DNA from: Bdellovibrionales bacterium
GTDB lineage: Bacteria; Bdellovibrionota; Bdellovibrionia; Bdellovibrionales; UBA1609
Length of the DNA: 64,000 nt
Direction of reading: 5' to 3'
Assembly: GCA_027317865.1 (NCBI GenBank)
Contig: DAHVQG010000007.1
Location: 1-64,000 of the forward strand
The notes beneath the pieces are model-generated. The model ran no database searches. It worked only from the letters and a program-made list of their open reading frames with translations, and was not told the origin of the DNA. Positions 49,470-58,354 of this stretch are shown in pieces; the first letter of the stretch is position 1, and each line of letters opens with the position of its first letter. The position numbers and the translations under genes were made by a program.

Positions 49470-50946
49470 AACAGAAAACCCTTTGCGGGCGGAAAAACGG
49501 CGGAAATTACATGAGCTACGCGAAAAGGGAATTGACCCCTATCCGCATACATTCGAACAAAAAAACCATGCTGGTGAGTTGCGCGAAACGTTTTCGCATT
49601 TGAATTCCGGCGATAAGCTTGAAAATGAAAAAGTTGTGCTTGCCGGCCGCCTAATGACCGTTCGGGACATGGGTAAAGCCGCCTTTTTTAATTTACAAGA
49701 CCAGACGGGCCAAATTCAAATCTACATTCGTTTGCAAGATATTTCTGAGGCCGCACGGGCGGCATTTAAACTCGCAGATATTGGTGACATTGTGGGCGTA
49801 AAGGGTTTTGTGTTTAAAACCCACAAGGGTGAGCTTTCTGTTCACGCTCAAGATTTTCAAATGCTTTGTAAAACGCTCGAACCGCTCCCAGAGAAATATC
49901 ATGGGCTCGCGGATGTCGAAACAAAGTATCGTTTGCGCCATCTTGATCTCATTATGAATGAAGAGTCGCGTCGTGTTTTTGTTGCGCGTTCTAAAATTAT
50001 CAGCGCCTTTCGCGAGTATCTCAACGCGCGTGGATTTTTAGAGGTTGAAACTCCTGTGTTGCAGCCGGTTTATGGCGGAGCCGCCGCGCACCCATTTTCC
50101 ACTCATCATCGCGCGCTCGATATGACTCTGTATCTCAAAATAAGTCCCGAAATTTATTTAAAGCGCTTGATCGTTGGCGGTTACGAAAAAGTCTACGAGA
50201 TTGCGACTAATTTCAGAAACGAAGGCATCGATCGATCGCATAATCCCGAATTTCGCATGCTCGAGTATTACGAGGCCTATACCGACTACAATTATCAGAT
50301 GAAACAGTTCGAAGAGATGATTGCCTTTGTGGCGACTCAAGTGACAGGGTCAACGAAAATAACTTATCAAGGCAAAGAAATTGAATTTAAACCTCCATGG
50401 CGGCGGCTCACGGTTTACGACGGTCTTCGTGAATATGGTGGCATCGACCCCGAAAAAATCAGCGACGCCGAGTTACGGGCGAAATTAAAAACTTGGCGCG
50501 AAAGCGGGGACGACGAAACTGAGCAAAAGTCGCGTGGTGAAATGATAATGGAGGCGTTTGAGCTCGTCGCTGAGAAGCATCTTTGGCAGCCGACATTCGT
50601 AATGGATCATCCTGTTGAGATTTCGCCGCTTACAAAATATCACCGTTCGAAGCCAGGCCTTGTTGAACGTTTTGAGCCTTTTGCCGCTTGTATGGAAATC
50701 GGCAACGCGTACACCGAATTGAATGACCCGGAAGAACAATATCGACGGTTGAAAGAACAAGAAGCCAAACGGGTGATCGACGAAGAGGCTCATCCTATGG
50801 ACGAAGATTTTATGCATGCAATAGATGTCGGGATGCCGCCGACCGGTGGAGTGGGCATCGGAATCGAGCGCATCGTGATGATGTTAACCGATCAGCCGAG
50901 TATACGAGACATCATATTCTTTCCGACCATGAAGATAAATCAGTGA
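49462..50946 (+). CDS. lysS: lysine--tRNA ligase (class II)
   Basis: GGAAAHPF, FRNEGIDRSHNPEF, ELNDP, GMPPTGG.GIGIER. Confidence 0.97.
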   Translation: MSETENPLRAEKRRKLHELREKGIDPYPHTFEQKNHAGELRETFSHLNSGDKLENEKVVLAGRLMTVRDMGKAAFFNLQDQTGQIQIYIRLQDISEAARAAFKLADIGDIVGVKGFVFKTHKGELSVHAQDFQMLCKTLEPLPEKYHGLADVETKYRLRHLDLIMNEESRRVFVARSKIISAFREYLNARGFLEVETPVLQPVYGGAAAHPFSTHHRALDMTLYLKISPEIYLKRLIVGGYEKVYEIATNFRNEGIDRSHNPEFRMLEYYEAYTDYNYQMKQFEEMIAFVATQVTGSTKITYQGKEIEFKPPWRRLTVYDGLREYGGIDPEKISDAELRAKLKTWRESGDDETEQKSRGEMIMEAFELVAEKHLWQPTFVMDHPVEISPLTKYHRSKPGLVERFEPFAACMEIGNAYTELNDPEEQYRRLKEQEAKRVIDEEAHPMDEDFMHAIDVGMPPTGGVGIGIERIVMMLTDQPSIRDIIFFPTMKINQ

Positions 50947-51797
50947 CAAGGACACTGACGTTCTATTTGGTGTTTATTGCAACGCTGCTTTGTCTCGGGT
51001 CCTGCGCGCAAAAACCCACTCGAGTTTTTACTACTCAGGATATCAATTCAATTTTTCTCGAAAAAGAATTGCAACGGCCGATTAAAATTGATGCAAAAAC
51101 TATTTTTGTTGATGCGCGGTCTAATTTTCAATTTGCCATGTTGCACGCTCCGCAATCCGTACATGTGTCCTGGACTGATTTTACGAAGAACTCGAAAAGC
51201 GGGACACTAAAAGAAGATTTGACGGGCGAGGCGCAAAGGTTGGCGTTGCTCGGATTAGCACCGGCGTCGGATGTTGTGGTGTTGAGTGGACGTGACCATA
51301 AAAGTTGGATCGACGCGGGTTATGTGGCGTGGGCCCTTATGTATCTTGGGGTGAAGCAGGTTCAACTTGTGAATATGCACCATCTCCATATTCATTATTA
51401 CAACAACCATCCGCCGCCTCGGCCCAATGCACCAGTGTGGCAGCCAAAACTTGCTGCCCGAATGTTGGTCAATCACCGTGAAATCGAAAAGTTAAAAGCG
51501 AACATTCATACGCCGTTTGTACGCGTAATTGATTCACGAACACATGCTGAGTTTTCGTTCGAGTGGCGAGAGTTTTTTAACCGAAACGACCGTCCAAGTT
51601 TGAAAATGAAGCGAAAATTGAATGCGATGGGCATCAAAGATGGCGATCGCATAATCGCACTTTCGAGTCGCGGCTTGCGTGCTGCGGCCGTGGCCTACAG
51701 TCTGCTCGCCGTTGGATTTCGTAATGTCGGGATACTTCCGGGTGGAACCATCGAATTGTTGAACCGTGTCAGCAGTGCCAAATTTCATATGCGATAA
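50943..51797 (+). CDS. tandem rhodanese-like lipoprotein
   Basis: LGSC lipobox, FVDARS, H.P.SV, IDSRT, G.RAA; no active-site Cys. Confidence 0.7.
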   Translation: MTRTLTFYLVFIATLLCLGSCAQKPTRVFTTQDINSIFLEKELQRPIKIDAKTIFVDARSNFQFAMLHAPQSVHVSWTDFTKNSKSGTLKEDLTGEAQRLALLGLAPASDVVVLSGRDHKSWIDAGYVAWALMYLGVKQVQLVNMHHLHIHYYNNHPPPRPNAPVWQPKLAARMLVNHREIEKLKANIHTPFVRVIDSRTHAEFSFEWREFFNRNDRPSLKMKRKLNAMGIKDGDRIIALSSRGLRAAAVAYSLLAVGFRNVGILPGGTIELLNRVSSAKFHMR

Positions 51798-51863
51798 AAA
51801 AATCGCCTTGCATATTCGTGTGTCCGAAGAATAAATTTTTATAAGGGCAAAAAAGGGGGGAAT

Positions 51864-52742
51864 ATGCGATTCAGCATGGCGTTTGGTCTTTTCTGCACGA
51901 TTGGCCTTGTTGGTTTCGCGGGTTTTGCACAAACCCCGTTTCACGAGCATGTAACTTGCTATAAACATATGAATCGCGGCCGGGAATGGAACGATTGCAT
52001 CACGAAAACGGAAGGCAGCACGAACCCCAATGTGCTGTTTGAATTTCACGGGCTGGGCGAGAACGTTCATTCTTGGATAACAAGTAAGCGTGATTTTCTG
52101 ATCCGGCAAGCGTGGCACACGCAGCATTTGCAGGCTCCCACGGTAGTTTCGGTATCGTTCGGTTCAATTTGGCTTTTAGCGCAAAAGAATTCGTCTCCGC
52201 GGAGCGGGCTTTTTGGATATTTTCGCGACGTAGTTTATCCGTCAATTTTAAAAAGCCTCGGGCCGATTCACGGCCAAAAGATATTGTTAGGCGCTTCAAT
52301 GGGAGGGTTTAACGCGTCACAAATTTATTTGAAACTCCCGCATTATTTTAACCGCTATGTTTTGATTTGCCCGATTATAGCCAACGTTTCGCCATTTTCG
52401 CCTGCCGCAAAAATTCAACAGTACATCACACAAAATAACGCAAATCCGTTTCGCGTTTACATGATGATGGATATTGCCAAAAATTACTTCCCAACCGCGC
52501 AGAGTTACAACACGGCCTATCCGCTTTTTTTAGCTAAAAAATATTTAAACGCCAGTTATCCGCCGATTTATTTGTCGTGTAGCCATGAAGACCCGTATGG
52601 TATTTTTAATGGAGTAAAAGAGTTTGCCAAACTTGCTCAACGGCGGGGCGTTGATGTTGAGTGGCGCGGAACCCATGGCCCGCATTGCACGATCGACGAC
52701 AGCGAAGTGGCTCGTGTGTTAGCGGTTGGCCAGAACCGCTGA
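51864..52742 (+). CDS. secreted alpha/beta hydrolase (esterase-like)
   Basis: FHGLG, GASMGG, D and C-terminal GPH; signal peptide. Confidence 0.8.
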   Translation: MRFSMAFGLFCTIGLVGFAGFAQTPFHEHVTCYKHMNRGREWNDCITKTEGSTNPNVLFEFHGLGENVHSWITSKRDFLIRQAWHTQHLQAPTVVSVSFGSIWLLAQKNSSPRSGLFGYFRDVVYPSILKSLGPIHGQKILLGASMGGFNASQIYLKLPHYFNRYVLICPIIANVSPFSPAAKIQQYITQNNANPFRVYMMMDIAKNYFPTAQSYNTAYPLFLAKKYLNASYPPIYLSCSHEDPYGIFNGVKEFAKLAQRRGVDVEWRGTHGPHCTIDDSEVARVLAVGQNR

Positions 52743-52750
52743 TATCCAGA

Positions 52751-53713
52751 TTAAACCGATTTTTTAAGTTGATCTTCCATTCGAAAGAGAACTTCGTACA
52801 TCGCGCGTAGTAGGTCGGTGTCAAAGCGCCCGGCGAGTTTAGTGCGCATGAATTCAAGAGCGGCCGACGGTTTCATTGGTTTATTGTAGGACCGTTGAGT
52901 GGTAAGTGCGTCAAACGTGTCGGATAGAGCGACAATTTTCGCCATGGGATGAATTTCTTTTGCTTGCAATTGTTGTGGATAGCCGTTCCCGGCCATGCTT
53001 TCGTGGTGCTCAAAGCAGCACGCTTTGATACCCTCCGAAACGTCGTGTTCGAGTAAAATCGCAAGGCCGTACTCAGGATGTCTTTGCATTTGCGCCCACT
53101 CGAGGTCGTTGAGCGGCCCCATCTTGCAAATGATATCGACGCTCACTTGCCGTTTGCCGATATCATGAAATAGTGCGCCTTGCCCCATCTCAACTAAAAG
53201 CTCACGGTTGTAACCCATAACATTGGCTAAGCCGAGTGAATATATTCCGACATCGAGTGAATGCGTATAAGTGTAAAAATCGTGACTCGATAACCCCACA
53301 AGATCGGCCATTGCGTCCGGCTCCGTAACCATCAGATCGACGAACTGTTCGACCATTTCTTTCGATTCTTTTAGCGCTTCGTCGATAGTGGGGTTTTCAA
53401 ACAACTCTTCGACTAAGGTGAGCGAGCTTTCGCGCAGCATGACGGCTTTTTCAATGGGATTGAGTTGCTGTGAGTTGAGCTTTTCGTGAACATACTTTTT
53501 AAAAGCGGGGCGGTCTTCAAGGCGAACAAAAAAACTGTCAGGGGCTTTGTCTTCGAAGCGTTGGAGCTTATCTTTTGAAAGCGTGTCGCCCGCGCGCAAA
53601 TAGTGAATTTGCTTATTGTTGATAAGAACATAAAGATCAAACGGAATCGGTTCTTTGATGTACAAAGAATTGAGACGAACTTTGACGTACCGTTCGCTGT
53701 GTTGCTCCGCCAT
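52751..53713 (-). CDS. HD-GYP phosphodiesterase
   Basis: HSLDV, FHDIGK, HPEYG, HHE..AGNGYP, DTFDALT.QRSYN. Confidence 0.92.
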   Translation of the reverse strand: MAEQHSERYVKVRLNSLYIKEPIPFDLYVLINNKQIHYLRAGDTLSKDKLQRFEDKAPDSFFVRLEDRPAFKKYVHEKLNSQQLNPIEKAVMLRESSLTLVEELFENPTIDEALKESKEMVEQFVDLMVTEPDAMADLVGLSSHDFYTYTHSLDVGIYSLGLANVMGYNRELLVEMGQGALFHDIGKRQVSVDIICKMGPLNDLEWAQMQRHPEYGLAILLEHDVSEGIKACCFEHHESMAGNGYPQQLQAKEIHPMAKIVALSDTFDALTTQRSYNKPMKPSAALEFMRTKLAGRFDTDLLRAMYEVLFRMEDQLKKSV

Positions 53714-53756
53714 CCTTTTATTGCTCCATCTTCATATACAGGATATTAACTTGAGA

Positions 53757-55859
53757 GTGGCATTGCAACCCGACACAGATATCCAATACTTAAAAGGAGT
53801 GGGGCCGAAGCTCGGTGCGATTCTTCGCCATCGTGGAGTGGCCACTGTTGCGGATCTTTTAGAGTGGTACCCGCGAGCTTACGAAGACCGCCGGGCGATG
53901 CGTAACATTGCTTCGCTAGAGGCCGGGCAAGTCGTAAGTCTAGAAGCCACCGTGCGGTCTGTTCGGTCGATGCCCATGGGCAAGAGCCACCGCCGCATTT
54001 ATGAGATCGTCATCGCGGATTCAAGTGGCCGCATCGCATGCAAATATTTTCGCGTTCCTTACAAGGGCTATTTTGAACGGTTTACGACCCAACAAACCGT
54101 TCGAGTCGCCGGTAAAGTTATTTTGTATAGAGGGCGTCTTGAATTTCATCATCCTGATCTGCAAGTGGTCTACGAAGACGATCCAAAAGTTGCCGACCAG
54201 TTGATCCCGCTTTACACGGATACTGAAGGCTTAAGCCCGGCTAAACTCCGAAAGTTGATGCAAACTGCGTTATCTGAGCTGCTCGATCGGCCATCATCTG
54301 CGAGTTCGCAACCGGCTATGACCGAAGTCATGCCGGTCTGGATGCGCGAGAAATATCAGTTATTGACCCGGGCGCAAGCGCTTAAGCAGATTCATCAACC
54401 GCCGACGGAAGAAGCGGCGGACTATTTGAAATTTCGCGCACCCGCGCAACGCCGGATTATTTTTGAAGAATTCTTTTGGATGGAGTTGCATATGGCACGG
54501 CGACGCTTGGGAATGCAGCGCGAGCAAGCACCTGCAATGGCGCCTGCGCCAAAAATGATCGAACAGTTAAAAAAATCGCTCCCTTTCGCGCTGACGAACG
54601 CGCAACTTCGAGTGTTTAAAGAAATCGAACGCGATTTGAGTGAACCGCATCCGATGCATCGGCTTGTGCAGGGTGATGTGGGGTCGGGCAAAACTCTTGT
54701 CGCACTATTATCGACGTTGGTTGTAAAAGAAAGCGGTTATCAATCGGCGATGATGGTGCCAACTGAAATTCTCGCTGAGCAACATTTCAAAAGTAGCGAA
54801 CGATTTTTGTCTCCTCTGGGTGTTAGGGTCGCGTGTCTTACCGGCACTATGAAAGAGCGGGAGCACAGCGAAATTCGAGAGCGTCTTGTCGCTGGCGAAA
54901 TCGACTTATTAATTGGCACGCATGCCCTTATTGAAAACGACGTTTTGTTTAAAAAATTGGGGCTCGTAATTATCGACGAACAACATCGGTTCGGCGTAGA
55001 ACAGCGGATGCGGCTCAAGAAAAATCAATCGCCGCATTTTTTGGTGATGACCGCAACACCCATTCCGCGAACTCTCGCGATGACAGTTTACGGAGATCTT
55101 GATGTCTCGATAATCGACGAAATGCCACCGGGAAGATCGCCGATTGTCACCAGAAAAGTATTTTCATCTAAACGTGATTTGGTGTTTGATTTTTTATATC
55201 AACAAGTAAAGAAAGGCCGCCAAGCGTACGTTATTTACCCGCTGGTTGAAGAGAGTGAAAAAATCGATTTGAAAAACGCAGTGTCAGAATATGAGACTTT
55301 AAGGGCACGCTTTCCGGATCTTCGCATTGGGCTGTTGCATGGTAAAATGAAGGGTGACGAAAAAGAGGCCGTAATGGATCTTTTTCGAACGGGAGAGATT
55401 CAAGTTCTAGTGTCGACGACAGTGATCGAAGTGGGTGTTGACGTGCCAAATGCGAACTTGATTATAATTGAGCACGCCGAACGTTTTGGTTTGTCGCAGC
55501 TTCATCAATTGCGTGGTCGCGTCGGACGTGGTGAACTCAAGAGCTATTGCGTGCTTGTTCTTGGCTATGCCATTTCTGAAGAAGCGATTCAGCGTGCCGA
55601 CGTAATCGTGGGCACAACCGACGGATTTAAAATCGCAGAGGCCGATTTGGAGATTCGAGGGCCTGGAGAATTTCTCGGACGGCGTCAATCCGGTTTGCCG
55701 GGCTTTCGAATGGCTAACCTTGTTCGAGATATTACGCTCCTGCAGGAGGCACGTGCCGCCGCTCGCGACATTCTCGAACATGATCCTGAGCTACGCGAAC
55801 CGCACCATAAATTTATTCGCGATACTATGAGCGTCCATTCGAAGGCCATCGTAGGATAA
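53757..55859 (+). CDS. recG: ATP-dependent DNA helicase RecG
   Basis: LKGVGP, QGDVGSGKT, DEQHRFG, MTATPIPRTL, QLRGRVGR, DLEIRGPGE. Confidence 0.96.
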   Translation: MALQPDTDIQYLKGVGPKLGAILRHRGVATVADLLEWYPRAYEDRRAMRNIASLEAGQVVSLEATVRSVRSMPMGKSHRRIYEIVIADSSGRIACKYFRVPYKGYFERFTTQQTVRVAGKVILYRGRLEFHHPDLQVVYEDDPKVADQLIPLYTDTEGLSPAKLRKLMQTALSELLDRPSSASSQPAMTEVMPVWMREKYQLLTRAQALKQIHQPPTEEAADYLKFRAPAQRRIIFEEFFWMELHMARRRLGMQREQAPAMAPAPKMIEQLKKSLPFALTNAQLRVFKEIERDLSEPHPMHRLVQGDVGSGKTLVALLSTLVVKESGYQSAMMVPTEILAEQHFKSSERFLSPLGVRVACLTGTMKEREHSEIRERLVAGEIDLLIGTHALIENDVLFKKLGLVIIDEQHRFGVEQRMRLKKNQSPHFLVMTATPIPRTLAMTVYGDLDVSIIDEMPPGRSPIVTRKVFSSKRDLVFDFLYQQVKKGRQAYVIYPLVEESEKIDLKNAVSEYETLRARFPDLRIGLLHGKMKGDEKEAVMDLFRTGEIQVLVSTTVIEVGVDVPNANLIIIEHAERFGLSQLHQLRGRVGRGELKSYCVLVLGYAISEEAIQRADVIVGTTDGFKIAEADLEIRGPGEFLGRRQSGLPGFRMANLVRDITLLQEARAAARDILEHDPELREPHHKFIRDTMSVHSKAIVG

Positions 55860-55912
55860 ATATCGGTTAGATATAATTGACTGAGGTCATTCACTTTGCT
55901 ACTGAGCTCGTC

Positions 55913-56464
55913 ATGCATTTTTTGAAATCAAGTGACCGTTCATTGGGGTTTATTTGCGCAATTGCGATGATGTGCGCATTTGGATTAACGGCTTGCAAAA
56001 CGGTTTCGGTCGACGAAAACGGGGCTGTTTCACCAGTAGTACTTACTCACCTGCAACAATTTGTGGGCATATACAGCGGAAAGCTCATACTAAAGGACTC
56101 ACTGGATATGTTTGCCGACAAGGTCCTGAATTCGCGTTTTTCTGTTTTACTTTCGCTGCAAGGTAACCGGCCGGTGCTAACACCGAACGCCGATATTCTC
56201 GGGCACGGTTGTGGTTCAAAAATCGGAAAGCTTAAAATGCTCGACCTTGATGGCGGGTGGGATGTCACCGGAACTTTTAAATTCGATCCTGGTCGCTGTG
56301 TTTCAGCGACATCGGGACGTGAAGTTCTATTTTCAGTAGATCGCGACGGCGAGGCCCAATTGGTTTTGCTTCAAAGAGCGATGGTTCGCGTGCGGCCACA
56401 ACTCATCGAAAATTTCGATTTTGAGGCTGAATTACACAAATTAAAAAAAACGGGCCAAAACTAA
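55913..56464 (+). CDS. hypothetical lipoprotein
   Basis: lipobox LTAC. Confidence 0.6.
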   Translation: MHFLKSSDRSLGFICAIAMMCAFGLTACKTVSVDENGAVSPVVLTHLQQFVGIYSGKLILKDSLDMFADKVLNSRFSVLLSLQGNRPVLTPNADILGHGCGSKIGKLKMLDLDGGWDVTGTFKFDPGRCVSATSGREVLFSVDRDGEAQLVLLQRAMVRVRPQLIENFDFEAELHKLKKTGQN

Positions 56465-56475
56465 GCCGGGCGCTT

Positions 56476-58203
56476 TTATCTTCGGGGCCTGAATACTTTT
56501 AAAGTTGAGCTGATTTTTCTAAAAATTTGGCGTGATTCATCGACATTTAAAAACCACGTTATTGCAAGATAAAGTGCGCCGAAAACAAATAACCAAAATA
56601 CGGCCGTAAAATCATAATGAAGCCAATGCGCGTGCAAAATGCGAAATAACAAAGACGCTTTCAAATTCAATTTCGTCAATCCGATCACGACGACGGCGGC
56701 TGCGCAGGCGGCTGAACCGATTTTGAACAAAAATTGAAATGGCATTGTGAGGCGGCCGATTTTATTTGAAAGTGCAAGATGAAGTCCGCCAAATTCAACA
56801 AAGGCTGAAAGCCCGGCCGAAGCCGTAAGCCCGACGGCGCCCATCCCCAGCTCAACGTTATGGATGTGCGGTACCGCTAAGCCGATTACATGAAAACAAA
56901 AATGAGTTATAAATGACCGAAGCGGAAACGCAAACAGATACCCTAATAACGCCGTTAAAATCACGCGTATCACGGCGTATTTTAGCGGCGTTTTTGTATC
57001 GCGAAGGGCGTAGAAAGCCGATTGGTAAAGACGGCTCCAGGTCGAGACGAAAAGACCGATCGCCATTCCGATAAGAACATACCAAACATAAAGCGTGTCG
57101 TTGGCCGAAAAGTGGCCAGTTTGAAAAATCGCTTCGACAACGTAGCGGCCTAAAAATATAAGTACCACAACTGAAGGAGCGACAAAATAAGCCATATGCT
57201 GACGGCTGACGGTCAGTCGCCGGCGCAACGCTTCGTGACCACCTTGGTGATCATGGTCGGTGCTTGACATATCCGGCAGTTCAGCTGCCGCAACGGACAT
57301 GCCGAATAGGCTAAATGGCAAAAGGTAAATGGTTTGCGCGTAACCCAAACACGCAACGGCGCTGGCTCCAAGAAAACTGCCGATGATGCTGTCAATGTAC
57401 GCGCTCAACTGCACAACGCCGCGGCTCACCACCACCGGAATCGAATTTTTAAAAATTTCGCGTACATGCGAAATGCGGTGCTCGAGCGACCAATGCCAAC
57501 CTTTCGTGAGTTTATAAACAATTGGGACCTGCACTAAAAACTGAAGGAGCGCGCCGGCAACCGCTCCCCATGCGAGATAAACTGTGAGACTGGCAAGCGA
57601 TCGGGTCATATGGCCGCCGAAAATAAGAGCGGCAACCATGGCGCCATTCCAAACGACGGGCGCCGCGTACGAAAGAAAAAACTTGCGATGCGAATTTAAT
57701 ATCCCAAGGCACCACGCCGAAAGCACAAGTAAACCCACGCCCGGGAATAAAATGCGTACCAACTCTATAGTAAGAATACGAGTGCCGCCGGTAAAACCAG
57801 GGGCGATGGCGTCGACAAATGTGGGAGTAAAAGTCACTCCAAGGAGCACAAAAATCGCCATACCCACCGCAAGAAGACTGCCGACAATCCCCGCCACTTG
57901 ATCGGCTAGCTCTTGTTCGTTCTCGGCAAGTAATTTTGAATAGACAGGAATAAATGACGCCGACAAAACGCCCTCGCCAAACAAATTCTGTAGAAAATTT
58001 GGAATCCGCAAAGCCGCTCGAAACGCTCCTGCAGCGGCGGAGTTGCCAAGGTAATAGGCAAAAACGCGGCTACGAATCAAACCTGAAATGCGGCTAAGAA
58101 AAATACCGAACCCAACCCAAAATGCGTAACTTGATGATGGTTTTGATAAATTTTTCTGATGTGTTGTAGATGCTTCATTCATAAATAATCCTTGAGTCAT
58201 CAT
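56476..58203 (-). CDS. murJ: lipid II flippase MurJ
   Basis: LSRISGLIR, RIPNFLQNLFGEG.LSASFIP, FYAL.DTKTP. Confidence 0.93.
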   Translation of the reverse strand: MMTQGLFMNEASTTHQKNLSKPSSSYAFWVGFGIFLSRISGLIRSRVFAYYLGNSAAAGAFRAALRIPNFLQNLFGEGVLSASFIPVYSKLLAENEQELADQVAGIVGSLLAVGMAIFVLLGVTFTPTFVDAIAPGFTGGTRILTIELVRILFPGVGLLVLSAWCLGILNSHRKFFLSYAAPVVWNGAMVAALIFGGHMTRSLASLTVYLAWGAVAGALLQFLVQVPIVYKLTKGWHWSLEHRISHVREIFKNSIPVVVSRGVVQLSAYIDSIIGSFLGASAVACLGYAQTIYLLPFSLFGMSVAAAELPDMSSTDHDHQGGHEALRRRLTVSRQHMAYFVAPSVVVLIFLGRYVVEAIFQTGHFSANDTLYVWYVLIGMAIGLFVSTWSRLYQSAFYALRDTKTPLKYAVIRVILTALLGYLFAFPLRSFITHFCFHVIGLAVPHIHNVELGMGAVGLTASAGLSAFVEFGGLHLALSNKIGRLTMPFQFLFKIGSAACAAAVVVIGLTKLNLKASLLFRILHAHWLHYDFTAVFWLFVFGALYLAITWFLNVDESRQIFRKISSTLKVFRPRR

Positions 58204-58354
58204 ATCTTAATGCTTTTCGTCAAATCACTGCAGTGTGCCATGCGTTAAAAATTTGAAAAATTTTCGTGTTTCGAGACCTACGTCGTGCTGATATGTGCGG
58301 CATAATTTTTTGATTGCGGAGGGGCAATCAGAAACGGGGAAACGGGGGGCATCA

